DNA of 64,000 bases from Nitrospiria bacterium (GCA_919903025.1 CAKKSE010000008.1:16334-80333), one strand, 5' to 3'. Shown: positions 37,101 through 46,232, numbered from the stretch's first letter. Translations and numbers: made by a program. The notes: a model not told the origin generated them from the sequence alone.

Positions 37101-38295
37101 TGACCGCCCCGTCAAGTTCGGTGAAGGCGGTCAGCTCTTTGTCTGTTTCGTACTCGTGCACCGCGCGTTCCGCCGCCGCTTCGAGCAGTGTGCGGCGTTC
37201 GTCCAGCGACAGCGCGGCGATCTTCTTGGCCTTGGTCATTTCTCCCTCCTTACCGTTCAGCGATACTACGCCGGGATTCAATTCCTCGGCTCGCTCACGG
37301 GAGATAATGCCTTCCGCCATCGCTCGCAGCACGAGCTGTTTGAAGCGTAGCGGCTGTTCCGGTGCGACTTGCTTGCCGGGCTCGTGCTTGTGCCATCTAC
37401 GTTTGCGAAAAATGACCACGGTGTTCTTGTACCAGCTTGGCGTGATAATCCCGAGGTCCTTTGCGCGCCGCAACCAGGCCTGCATGCTCAAGCCGTATTT
37501 GTGTTTTAGCAGCAGCAGTTCATCGAACTCGATACGGCTTCGAGACCTACCAAGCTCCATGTATGCCGCTTCATCCGGCACCAAGAAGGCCGCGGCAAAG
37601 CGATGAGCGATATCCTCGTCTTCTTTCGGTTGTTTCTGCTTTATTACCAAATGCCCAAGTTCGTGGGTGAGATTGAACCGCTGACGATCTCCGGACATGG
37701 CGGCATTGGTGACAAGTACCGGAACCTTTCCCCCGTCGTCACCGAGAACCGTCGCCCAGGCTGAATGGCCGTCGAATCGCTCATCGGCATCCAGCGCCAA
37801 TACCGCGGCGGCGTGGTCTTCGAGTGTTTCGGCTAGATTCTCGATGGGGTCCAGACCGATTTTCCAAACCTCTCTAAGCTCTTTGGCGATTTTCTCTGCA
37901 TCGTCCACAGACTTCGCTTGTCGGGGTTTCGGAATGCCGGCCGCCGCGCGCCATTCGAGTTTCCTGTCGGCGGGGAACAGGGCGGCCAACCAACAATAGT
38001 GTTCGAGGTGATCGGAGATCTGTACTTGCAGCCGACTGGCCTCGGCCTTGGGCAAGCGGCTGTGTTTGCGGTAGGCGATGAACTCCACCTTGACCTTCGG
38101 TTCCTGCATGAAGTAGCTCGTCTTGACGCGCAGCGCATCAGCCAGACGCACGAGCACTTCCGGGCCTGGAACGCTCTTGCCGGTTTCGTACTTGGAAATG
38201 GCCTGCTTCGTGAGGAAGTGGTCCATCTTGGCTACCAGCGCGTCCATGGACAAACCTGCACCGAGCCTGGCCTGTTTCAACCGTTCGCCTATCAT
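37093..38295 (-). CDS. Xre-family HTH fused to an ImmA/IrrE (COG2856, M78) zinc peptidase domain, with a short C-terminal tail; predicted antitoxin/regulator partner of the MazF-like toxin
   Basis: N-terminal HTH_3 (LSMDALVAKMDHFLTKQAISKYETGK). Central HELGH (HExxH) with the downstream E typical of ImmA/IrrE. The last roughly 50 aa are charged/helical and overlap the toxin start. Confidence 0.7.
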   Translation of the reverse strand: MIGERLKQARLGAGLSMDALVAKMDHFLTKQAISKYETGKSVPGPEVLVRLADALRVKTSYFMQEPKVKVEFIAYRKHSRLPKAEASRLQVQISDHLEHYCWLAALFPADRKLEWRAAAGIPKPRQAKSVDDAEKIAKELREVWKIGLDPIENLAETLEDHAAAVLALDADERFDGHSAWATVLGDDGGKVPVLVTNAAMSGDRQRFNLTHELGHLVIKQKQPKEDEDIAHRFAAAFLVPDEAAYMELGRSRSRIEFDELLLLKHKYGLSMQAWLRRAKDLGIITPSWYKNTVVIFRKRRWHKHEPGKQVAPEQPLRFKQLVLRAMAEGIISRERAEELNPGVVSLNGKEGEMTKAKKIAALSLDERRTLLEAAAERAVHEYETDKELTAFTELDGAVND

Positions 38296-38307
38296 TCGAC
38301 CTCCGGT

Positions 38308-38390
38308 AGGTTGACGGAAAGGATTAGATTGACGAATTCGTCAACAGTTGACAGAATAACAAATAAGTTCCGTATTGTCAACCCATTGTC
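38308..38390. promoter_or_regulatory. Divergent promoter/operator region: perfect 16-bp palindrome TTGACGAATTCGTCAA plus inverted GTTGACA...TGTCAAC half-sites
   Basis: Read directly: palindrome at 38329-38344, GTTGACA at 38347-38353, TGTCAAC at 38376-38382, a further TTGAC at 38311. AT-rich. Confidence 0.5.
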
Positions 38391-38393
38391 GAG

Positions 38394-38576
38394 GTGGTCC
38401 ACATGGCAAAGAACCCACCACCCCGCGATAACCATCGCAAAGGCGCCGTTACCGGCCGTTCGCAGACTTACAACCCCAAGACCGACTCTTGGGTAAAGCG
38501 CGATACCGAAACCGGTCGGTTTATGGACCAGAAGTCCGATGACAAACCGTTCAAGGGCGTACGGAAAGAGAAATAG
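38394..38576 (+). CDS. Small basic hypothetical protein (60 aa)
   Basis: ORF lies immediately downstream of the operator region. Lys/Arg-rich. No recognisable family. Confidence 0.25.
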   Translation: MVHMAKNPPPRDNHRKGAVTGRSQTYNPKTDSWVKRDTETGRFMDQKSDDKPFKGVRKEK

Positions 38577-38627
38577 GATTTCGCACAAGCAGCCCCCCCG
38601 GACAAGTTCTCTCCCGGCCTCATGGTT

Positions 38628-38773
38628 GCCTGCGCGCCGCGCGCAAGCAGGCCGGTGATGATCCCGGGGTCTTCTTGCTTGCAGGCGCATGGTGGCGAGC
38701 GAAGCGAGCCACGATGCGCTTTACCCTGAAAGGGAGTCTGCCGGAGCGCCCGCCTGCGCGCCGCGCGCAGGCT
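38628..38773. repeat. Two copies of a GC-rich palindromic element GCCTGCGCGCCGCGCGCAGGC (REP-like, or bidirectional terminator hairpins)
   Basis: Copy 1 at 38628-38652 (with an AAGC insertion). Copy 2 at 38753-38773 is a perfect 21-bp palindrome. Confidence 0.45.
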
Positions 38774-38905
38774 GGGGGGGTTGCGGGGTTGTCGGTGGGC
38801 AGTGTCCGCGTCCGGCTCACGGCTCGCACCGCTAAAGAAAGTTCGAGCCTCGGTTAAGATGGTCCCGCCAGAGTCGTTGGGAGGAAGCGGTCAGGGTCCG
38901 CCCCG

Positions 38906-40156
38906 TCAGCCGGTGGGCGTTGCGGGTTGAGGCTCTTTGGCCGACTCGGGCTCCGGCTCCTTGTATTTCTCGTAGACCTCGAGTATCTCGTCTACCCCCT
39001 CGAAGAAAGCGTCCACGCAAACCGGGTCGAACTGCTTGCCGCGCTCCTGTCTCACCCACTCGATCACGTGGTCGAGGCTCATGGGGGGCTTGTAACAGCG
39101 GCGGGACGAGAGCGCGTCGAACACGTCGGCCAGGGAGACGACCCGCCCTTCCAGCGGAATCCGGTCGCCCCGCAGGCCGTAGGGGTACCCGGTGCCGTCG
39201 TAGTGCTCGTGGTGCGAGAGGGCCACGGACTTGGCCACGCGGATGAGGTCCGAGTCCGGGTTCCCGAGGATGTCGGCGCCGATGATCGTGTGGCCCTCCA
39301 TCACCTTCCGCTCGTCCTGCGTGAGCGGCCCCGGCTTCATGAGGATCGAATCGGGGACGCCGAGCTTCCCCACGTCGTGCATCGGCGAAGCGTAGAGGAG
39401 CAGGTCAATCTCTCCCTTGCTCCACCCCATGGCCTTCGAGATCAGGGCCGAGTACCGGCTCATCCTCTGGATGTGGTAGTAGGTGTCCCGGTCCCGGTAT
39501 TCGGCCGCGACCGACAGCCGTAGGATCGAGTCGAAGTGGGCCTTCTTGATCTGCGCCGTGAGATGGGCGTTCTTGAGAGCCACGGCGGCCTGGGACGCTA
39601 GGGATAGGACCAGTTCCTCGACCATCCCGGAGAACGCGACGGGCTTCCCGTGGGCGTCGAGCGCGTTGATGAGCTGGAGGACGCCGATCACCGTGTCCTG
39701 CGGGTCCTTGAGCGGCACGACCATGAGCGAGCGCGTCCTGTACATGTACCGCTCGTCGAACTCCTTGTTGAAGTGGTAAGGCTCCGAAGCGGGAATCTTG
39801 TAGGCGTCGCGGATGTTGAGTATCTGGCCGGTCGAAGCGACGTAGCCGGCGAGGCTCTGGTGGGAGATGGGGATCGTCCGGTTGAGGTATGGGTTCTTTT
39901 GAACGGCGCCGGCCTGGCGCTTCATGATCGTGTCGTTCTGAGACACGACGAACCGGAGGAGGCCGTCCTCGACGACATAGAGGCTTCCTGCGTCGGACCG
40001 CGTGAACCGTCTCGCTTCGGTGACGATCTGCTCGAGGAGAACGTCAAGATCGTGCTCGCTCGTGAGGGCGATGCCGATCTTGAGCAGATTGGAGATGAGC
40101 TGTTCGGTCCTTGAAGGGGCCATCGTCTTCTGAGAAATCCCCGCCGACACCGGCAT
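38906..40156 (-). CDS. GAF-domain HD-GYP phosphodiesterase
   Basis: GAF N-terminal domain. HD domain with HD...HHEHYDGTGYP (HD-GYP signature). Confidence 0.85.
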   Translation of the reverse strand: MPVSAGISQKTMAPSRTEQLISNLLKIGIALTSEHDLDVLLEQIVTEARRFTRSDAGSLYVVEDGLLRFVVSQNDTIMKRQAGAVQKNPYLNRTIPISHQSLAGYVASTGQILNIRDAYKIPASEPYHFNKEFDERYMYRTRSLMVVPLKDPQDTVIGVLQLINALDAHGKPVAFSGMVEELVLSLASQAAVALKNAHLTAQIKKAHFDSILRLSVAAEYRDRDTYYHIQRMSRYSALISKAMGWSKGEIDLLLYASPMHDVGKLGVPDSILMKPGPLTQDERKVMEGHTIIGADILGNPDSDLIRVAKSVALSHHEHYDGTGYPYGLRGDRIPLEGRVVSLADVFDALSSRRCYKPPMSLDHVIEWVRQERGKQFDPVCVDAFFEGVDEILEVYEKYKEPEPESAKEPQPATPTG

Positions 40157-40423
40157 CGTAAACCTCCAGACCTAGATTATACCAGAGGAATCCTCCCTTT
40201 CAAGAGCCCTGAATGGTTTTCCACAGTTTCTACATATTGTGTTCACAGCCCGTCGTCATCCTCCCGCTGGCCCTCGCCGATCCCCGGCCCCGAATCCTCC
40301 TTGACCCTCTTCTCGGGCCTCCCCTATAATCCGCGCGCTGACTGGAGTCCCCGGCCGCGAGCCCCTCTCCGCCGCCATCATTCCCAGCCATCATTCCAAG
40401 GACGAGCCGCCACACTGTTCCCA

Positions 40424-41872
40424 ATGAGCGCCCTTTCCGAACCTTCCGACGATTTCTTCGCCAGCCGGTACGCCCTTTCCGGGACCGACCTGGATCGAGT
40501 CCTGACCCGCGTCCTGGGTCGCTCGGTGGACTACGCCGATCTCTACTTCGAATACACAGAGAGCGAATCGGCTTCCCTCGAAGAGAGCATGGTCAAGAGA
40601 GCGGGGAGGAGCGTCAGCCAGGGCGTCGGCGTCCGGGCGACGGCCGGCGAGAAGACCGGCTACGCCTACTCGGACGACATCACGCTCGAGCGCCTGGCGG
40701 ACGCTGCCACCGCGGCCCGCGCGATCGCCGAAGGGACCGGCTCCGTCGTTCCCGCCCGCGTGGGGTCGCCTCGCCCTCCCGCCCGCAATCTCTACCCGGT
40801 CGAGCGGTACGCCGGAGAGATCCCCTTGAGCGAGAAGATCGATCTCCTGGCCGAGGTCGACCGGATCGCCCGGGCGGTCGATCCGCGGATCCGGAACGTG
40901 ATCGCCTCCTTCTCCTGCTCAAAGAAGCGGTTTCTCGTCGTCACGTCCGAGGGGGTCATCGTCGAAGACACTCAGCCGCTCGTCCGGCTCAACGTAGCCT
41001 GCATCGCCGAGGACGGGGGGAACCGTCAGTCCGGATCGTACGGGGGCGGGGGGAGGGCCGGTCTTGACTTCGTTCTCGGGGACCGCCTGTTCGAATTCTA
41101 CGCAAGAGAGGCCGCCCGCCAGGCCATTCTCAACCTCTCGGCCGTCGACGCGCCCGCCGGCGCGATGGACGTAGTCCTCGGCCCCGGCTGGCCGGGGATT
41201 CTCCTCCACGAGGCCGTGGGCCACGGCCTGGAAGGCGACTTCAACCGCAAGGGAACGTCGGCTTTCAGCGGGCGGCTCGGTCAGAAGGTCGCTTCCGACC
41301 TCTGCACGGTCGTGGACGACGGGACGATCCCCGGCCGGCGCGGGTCGATCAACGTGGACGACGAGGGGACGCCCTCGTCGAGAACCGTCCTGATCGAGAA
41401 GGGGATCCTCCGGGCCTACCTGCAGGATCGTCTGAACGCGAGGCTCATGAAGATGCCTCTCACGGGAAACGGCCGGCGCGAGTCGTACGGCCACCATCCC
41501 ATGCCGCGGATGACCAACACCTTCATGCTGGCCGGCGGGGACGACCCGGAGGAGATCATCCGGAGCGTCGGCAGGGGACTCTACGCGGTTGCGTTCGGGG
41601 GCGGACAGGTTGACATCACGAACGGGAAGTTCGTCTTCTCCGCCTCGGAAGCGTACATGATCGAGAACGGCCGCGTCACGGCCCCGGTCAAGGGGGCGAC
41701 GCTCATCGGAAACGGGCCGGACGTCCTCACGCGCGTCTCCCGCGTGGGGAACGACCTGAAGCTCGACGCCGGGATCGGGACGTGCGGCAAGGACGGCCAG
41801 TCCGTCCCGGTCGGCGTGGGCCTCCCCACGATCCGGATCGACGGGATGACCGTCGGGGGAACGAGGCCATGA
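40424..41872 (+). CDS. tldD: TldD-family metalloprotease
   Basis: TldD/PmbA fold motifs (HEAVGHGLEGD) and about 480 aa. Start trimmed to the Met at 40424. Confidence 0.85.
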   Translation: MSALSEPSDDFFASRYALSGTDLDRVLTRVLGRSVDYADLYFEYTESESASLEESMVKRAGRSVSQGVGVRATAGEKTGYAYSDDITLERLADAATAARAIAEGTGSVVPARVGSPRPPARNLYPVERYAGEIPLSEKIDLLAEVDRIARAVDPRIRNVIASFSCSKKRFLVVTSEGVIVEDTQPLVRLNVACIAEDGGNRQSGSYGGGGRAGLDFVLGDRLFEFYAREAARQAILNLSAVDAPAGAMDVVLGPGWPGILLHEAVGHGLEGDFNRKGTSAFSGRLGQKVASDLCTVVDDGTIPGRRGSINVDDEGTPSSRTVLIEKGILRAYLQDRLNARLMKMPLTGNGRRESYGHHPMPRMTNTFMLAGGDDPEEIIRSVGRGLYAVAFGGGQVDITNGKFVFSASEAYMIENGRVTAPVKGATLIGNGPDVLTRVSRVGNDLKLDAGIGTCGKDGQSVPVGVGLPTIRIDGMTVGGTRP

Positions 41873-43215
41873 CGTTCGACATGAACCGCGCCCACTACCT
41901 CCTCGCGCGCGCGAAACGGCTGGGCGCCACGTCTGCCGACCTCCTCTTCGCCGAAGGAGAAGCCTTCACGGCGAGCGTCCGGCTGGGGCAGGTCGAGAAG
42001 ATCAAGGACGCGCGGGAGAAGGTCGTGGGCATGCGGATCTTCGTCGGCCGCCGTCAGGCCATGAGCGCGACATCCGACCTGGCCGACGCCTCGCTGGACG
42101 GGCTGGTCGAGGACACGCTCGCGATGGCCCGCGTCACGGCCGACGATCCCGACGCCGGCCTCCCCGAACGGGAGGAGTTCCGGCTGGACCTTCCCGACCT
42201 CGGCCTGTGGGAGCCGGAGCCGGTCGATCTGACGCTCGACCGGCGGATCGATCTGGCCCGAGAGACCGAAGCCGCCGCCCTCTCGTCGGACGCAAGGCTT
42301 ACGAACTCGGACGGCGCGGAATTCGGGTCCTCCTCTTCCCGGATCCTTTTCGCGAACAGCCACGGCTTCCGCGGCGAGTACGCCGGAGCGACGTACGGAC
42401 TCTCGGTCGTGCCGATCGCCGCCGAGAACGGATCGATGCAGCGCGACCACTGGTACTCCGTCAAGCGCCGCTTCGCCCTGCTCGACTCCCCGGAATCGAT
42501 CGGAAAGGAAGCCGCCCGGCGGACGCTGAGGCGTCTTGGAGCGAGACGGGTCAAAACCCAGCGCGTCCCCGTCGTCTTCGATCCGGAGGTGTCGGCCGGT
42601 CTCATCGGCCAGTTGGCCGGCGCCGTCTCGGGGTACGCAATCTACAAGGGGGCATCGTTTCTCGTGAACCGGCTGGGCGAGGCGATCGCCGCCCCGGGCG
42701 TCACGATCATCGACGACGGAACGATCCCGGCCGGCCTCGGATCGAAGCCGTTCGATGGCGAGGGCCTCCCGACCCGGCGGACTGTCGTCGTGGAGAACGG
42801 CGTCCTCAAGAGTTATCTCCTCGACACGTACTCGGCGCGAAAGCTCTCGCTCCGATCCACGGGAAACGCGACGCGGGGACCAGCCGACGCCCCGACCGTC
42901 TCGCCGACCAATTTCTACCTCGAAGCCGGCGCGGTGTCTCCCGAAGAGATCGTCCGCGAGATTCCGGACGGCTTCTACGTCACGGAGCTGATCGGCTTCG
43001 GCGTGAACCTCGTGAACGGCGACTACTCGCGCGGCGCCGTGGGCCTCTGGATCTCCGGCGGGGAGCTCGCCTATCCCGTCGAGGAAGTGACCATCGCCGG
43101 GAACCTGAAGGAGATGCTGGGGTCGATCACGCGGATCGGGAACGACCTCGTCTTCCGCGGCCGGATCGCGGCCCCGACGATTCGAATCGACGGCTTGACG
43201 GTGGCCGGAGCGTAG
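41869..43215 (+). CDS. pmbA: PmbA/TldE-family protein
   Basis: Paralogous to the upstream TldD. ATGA overlap. About 450 aa. Confidence 0.85.
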   Translation: MTFDMNRAHYLLARAKRLGATSADLLFAEGEAFTASVRLGQVEKIKDAREKVVGMRIFVGRRQAMSATSDLADASLDGLVEDTLAMARVTADDPDAGLPEREEFRLDLPDLGLWEPEPVDLTLDRRIDLARETEAAALSSDARLTNSDGAEFGSSSSRILFANSHGFRGEYAGATYGLSVVPIAAENGSMQRDHWYSVKRRFALLDSPESIGKEAARRTLRRLGARRVKTQRVPVVFDPEVSAGLIGQLAGAVSGYAIYKGASFLVNRLGEAIAAPGVTIIDDGTIPAGLGSKPFDGEGLPTRRTVVVENGVLKSYLLDTYSARKLSLRSTGNATRGPADAPTVSPTNFYLEAGAVSPEEIVREIPDGFYVTELIGFGVNLVNGDYSRGAVGLWISGGELAYPVEEVTIAGNLKEMLGSITRIGNDLVFRGRIAAPTIRIDGLTVAGA

Positions 43216-44082
43216 ATGACCGAATCGCGCGAACTCAAGGTGGCGCTTGAGGCGGCCGATTCGGCGGGCGAGATCGTCCGCGGCTTCTACCGTCAGCGCT
43301 TCGACGTCTGGCAGAAGAGCAAGGACCAGCCGGTCACGGACGCGGATCTCGCCGCGGACAAGACCCTCAAGAGCGTCCTTCTTGGGGCCTTCCCCAACGA
43401 CGGGTGGCTCTCGGAGGAAACGGCCGATTCCCCCGAGCGCCTCTCGGTCCGGCGGCTCTGGGTCGTCGATCCGATCGACGGGACGAAGGAGTTCATCCGG
43501 GGCATTCCGGAGTTCTCGATCTCCATCGCCCTCGTGGAGGACGGACAGCCGATCGTCGGCGTCATCCAGAACCCGGTCACGGGCGAGACGTTCTCGGCAG
43601 CCCGCGGAAAAGGAGCGTCGCTGAACGGGCAGACAATCCGCGCGACGAAGACGCGGCGCTTCGCGGACGCGCTCATCATGACGAGCCACCGGGAGGTGAA
43701 GGCCAAGCGCATCTCGGCCGTGAAGGAAGAAGTCCGGGTCAAAGCGGTGGGGAGCACGGCCTACAAGATCGCCCTCGTCGCCGCCGGCCGGTGCGACCTC
43801 ATGGTCTCGTTCAAGCCGAAGAACGAGTGGGACGTGGCCGCGGGCGTCCTGATCGTCGAGGAAGCCGGAGGCCGCGTGACGGACCACGAGGGGAACGCGT
43901 TCCAGTTCAACCAGCCCGACACCATCCGCCCCAACCTCCTCGCCACGAACGGCCTCCTCCACGCCGCCGCCCTGCGGTTCATCCGGGACGTCAACCGACG
44001 AATCGATCTCGGCGTCACGAAGCCGGTTCAGCGTCCGTGCCGGCTTAAGCGGCCTTGCCGCCGCGTTTCTTCGCCTCCATAA
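43216..44082 (+). CDS. Inositol monophosphatase / 3'(2'),5'-bisphosphate nucleotidase (CysQ-like)
   Basis: IMPase motifs WVVDPIDGTKEF and a metal-binding DxE region. The C-terminal 30 aa may be a frame run-on. Confidence 0.75.
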   Translation: MTESRELKVALEAADSAGEIVRGFYRQRFDVWQKSKDQPVTDADLAADKTLKSVLLGAFPNDGWLSEETADSPERLSVRRLWVVDPIDGTKEFIRGIPEFSISIALVEDGQPIVGVIQNPVTGETFSAARGKGASLNGQTIRATKTRRFADALIMTSHREVKAKRISAVKEEVRVKAVGSTAYKIALVAAGRCDLMVSFKPKNEWDVAAGVLIVEEAGGRVTDHEGNAFQFNQPDTIRPNLLATNGLLHAAALRFIRDVNRRIDLGVTKPVQRPCRLKRPCRRVSSPP

Positions 44083-44320
44083 AGGCGCGGAGAAGCCGAT
44101 TGACGCGGGTCTGGTAGCCCCGGCCCTGGGCCCTGAACCAGTGGAGGACGTCCTTGTCGATTCGGATCGTGACGGTCTCCTTTTTCTTCGGCCACTCGAC
44201 GACAGCCTTCGTAAAGAACGAATCGTCAAGCGGAGGAATGTCGGAGTAGTCGATATCCCCGTCACTCATCGCGTCGAGTCTCTTCAAGTCGCTCTTGATA
44301 GATTTTCCTTTCGCGCGCAT
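44045..44320 (-). CDS. brnA: BrnA antitoxin (RHH/CopG-like, DUF-type)
   Basis: LKRLDAMSDGDIDYSDIPPLDDSFF is the conserved BrnA N-terminus. Downstream of brnT. Confidence 0.7.
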   Translation of the reverse strand: MRAKGKSIKSDLKRLDAMSDGDIDYSDIPPLDDSFFTKAVVEWPKKKETVTIRIDKDVLHWFRAQGRGYQTRVNRLLRAFMEAKKRGGKAA

Positions 44321-44552
44321 TGGCTTTCCTCATCGAAATGCCCCGCGTGGCATTGCCCCGCGGAGTATGGACCACGACGACGACACGGCCGGCCAGTGCT
44401 CCCAAGGAAATGAGACGCTCTTCGCCGTAGTCCGCCCGGTTATCCTCGAAGGTAACAGTGGGGCCGGCTAAGACGATGTCCGCGTCCTCGAAGCTCAGGC
44501 CGTGCTTCTTGAGATTCGCCCGGTTCTTCTTCTCGTCCCATCCTATTCTCAC
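44262..44552 (-). CDS. brnT: BrnT toxin (DUF497 ribonuclease), GTG start
   Basis: (M)RIGWDEKKNRANLKKHGLSFEDA...VVVVVHTPRG is the BrnT signature. Start set at the GTG at 44550-44552. Tandem TGTAAATA direct repeats lie upstream at 44564-44583. Confidence 0.7.
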   Translation of the reverse strand: MRIGWDEKKNRANLKKHGLSFEDADIVLAGPTVTFEDNRADYGEERLISLGALAGRVVVVVHTPRGNATRGISMRKANARERKIYQERLEETRRDE

Positions 44553-44625
44553 CGTAACGCAACTGTAAATACATTTGTAAATAACTGCAAGTTCTTCGGC
44601 CCCCAGCCCGGCCTGCCCGCCGGAA

Positions 44626-45420
44626 TCACCGCTGCGCCTTCTCCACCCGCACGACGTACCGATCATTCTTGAAAGCGAGGACCCGCGATTCGAACCTCTC
44701 CGCAAGGGCCGGTTCAACCTTCAGGCGGCGGAGAATGGCGAGATGGGCGTCGAACTCCTTTTCGCCTTGGGCCGCCGTTACGAGGACGCCGCCCGGCGTG
44801 AGGATCTTGAGGGCGTGGGCGAAGAAGGCCAAGGGATGAAGACGGTCGAGCGGCAGACCCCAGGCGAGGTGGGGAGTTTTCGTCACGAACGGGAAGAGGG
44901 CCGTGACGAGGTCCGCCGGGCCGGGCGCATCGAGAAAGTCCCCGGCAACGAACCGGGTCCCGGGCAGGAACGAGGCGTATCCGCGAGCGTGGTCGGCGCG
45001 GGAGCGGAGGTCGGTGTAGACACGGTAGGCGTCAATCTCGTATCCTGTCAGGGTAATCTTTCGCGTCCCGTGGATACGGAAGCGCTCCAGGAACCGGAAC
45101 AGGCCGAAGGCATAGAAGAAATTCTTGCACCCCGCGTCGATCCCGATTGCGGCCTCCCCATAGTTCCCCGTCCATCCCCGGTGGGCCGCCTCCAGGAGGT
45201 CCAGGAGATAGAGGTTCTCCAGGTAGGTCCTGAGGCGGGAGCGGGCCTTGAGGGGCGCCAGATCGTACCGGCCTTCCAGGTCGCGGATCCGGTCGGACGC
45301 CGGATGGTCGCGGAGAGAATCCTTCGGCTCGTTCCGCTCGACGAACGGCCCCCTCTGCCAGCGGACCTTTTGGCGAAGGCGGAAGAAGAAAGCGTTTCGG
45401 GCGGAGCGGATGGAGATCAT
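44626..45420 (-). CDS. Class I SAM-dependent methyltransferase-like protein (weak call)
   Basis: Roughly 265-aa ORF with IGIDAGCKNFFYAFGL (motif I-like) and plausible codon usage. The N-terminal extension of the longer ORF is antisense to mtgA. Its start overlaps the mtgA start by 11 nt. Confidence 0.4.
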   Translation of the reverse strand: MISIRSARNAFFFRLRQKVRWQRGPFVERNEPKDSLRDHPASDRIRDLEGRYDLAPLKARSRLRTYLENLYLLDLLEAAHRGWTGNYGEAAIGIDAGCKNFFYAFGLFRFLERFRIHGTRKITLTGYEIDAYRVYTDLRSRADHARGYASFLPGTRFVAGDFLDAPGPADLVTALFPFVTKTPHLAWGLPLDRLHPLAFFAHALKILTPGGVLVTAAQGEKEFDAHLAILRRLKVEPALAERFESRVLAFKNDRYVVRVEKAQR

Positions 45421-46189
45421 GATCGGAATGCTATCCAAACGGATGAACAGCCGCAAGAAACGGTTTGTGTACGCCGGGATCGGCCTCGGCGCCGGCCTTG
45501 TCCTGGCCCTGGGAGCCTTTGTCCTGACTCTGCCGGACGTGTCCGCGCTCGCCGGAACGAACCCGAGGACGACGGCGCTCATGGAGCAACGGGCCTCCGA
45601 GGCAAAGGCGAAGGGAAACAGCCGTGCCAGCCGCCGCGACTGGGTGCCGCTCAATCGGATCGCCCCGCACGCCGTCCTCGCAGTCGTCACGATGGAGGAC
45701 GACCGGTTCTGGCGGCACGAGGGGTTCGACTTCGTGGAGATGAAGGAGGCCGTGCAGAAGAACTGGGAGAAGAAAAGCTGGCGCCGCGGCGCATCGACGA
45801 TCACCCAACAGCTCGCGAAGAACCTCTACTTCGGGACGGAGAAGAACCTCTGGCGGAAAGTCCGCGAAGCGGCGACGGCCTGGAAGATAGAGCGGGCGCT
45901 GTCCAAGCGGCGGATCCTCGAGATCTATATGAACGTCGTCGAATGGGGAAACGGGATCTACGGCATCGAGGCCGCGTCACGGCACTATTTCGGAAAGAGC
46001 CCGGCGGACCTGTCGGTCGACGAGGCCGTCCGCCTCGCCGTCGTTCTTCCAAGCCCGAGGCGGTACGATCCCCGCGGATCGTCCGCGTTCGTCGAGAACC
46101 GGCGGTCTGTACTGCTGGAACGTCTCGCCCGAAAGGGCGTCCAGACCGAAGCGGAACTCGCGTTTGGAACGCCGGGGTCTTCACTTTGA
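45410..46189 (+). CDS. mtgA: Monofunctional biosynthetic peptidoglycan transglycosylase
   Basis: TM anchor followed by a GT51 domain (EDxRFxxHxG, STITQQL, RKxxE motifs). About 260 aa. Confidence 0.8.
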   Translation: MEIMIGMLSKRMNSRKKRFVYAGIGLGAGLVLALGAFVLTLPDVSALAGTNPRTTALMEQRASEAKAKGNSRASRRDWVPLNRIAPHAVLAVVTMEDDRFWRHEGFDFVEMKEAVQKNWEKKSWRRGASTITQQLAKNLYFGTEKNLWRKVREAATAWKIERALSKRRILEIYMNVVEWGNGIYGIEAASRHYFGKSPADLSVDEAVRLAVVLPSPRRYDPRGSSAFVENRRSVLLERLARKGVQTEAELAFGTPGSSL

Positions 46190-46220
46190 AATTTTCAATT
46201 TTCAATTTTCAATTTACAAT
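46186..46220. repeat. AT-rich heptad repeat, copy C
   Basis: TTGAAATTTTCAATTTTCAATTTTCAATTTACAAT, 13-47 nt upstream of the ABC-F start. Confidence 0.6.
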
Positions 46221-46232
46221 CCGGCTCTCATC

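Noticed and set aside
38675-38857. 60-aa ORF between the two GC-rich palindromes
   Set aside because: It lies within a repeat/terminator region with no ribosome-binding site. The amino-acid sequence is Arg/Ala-rich noise.
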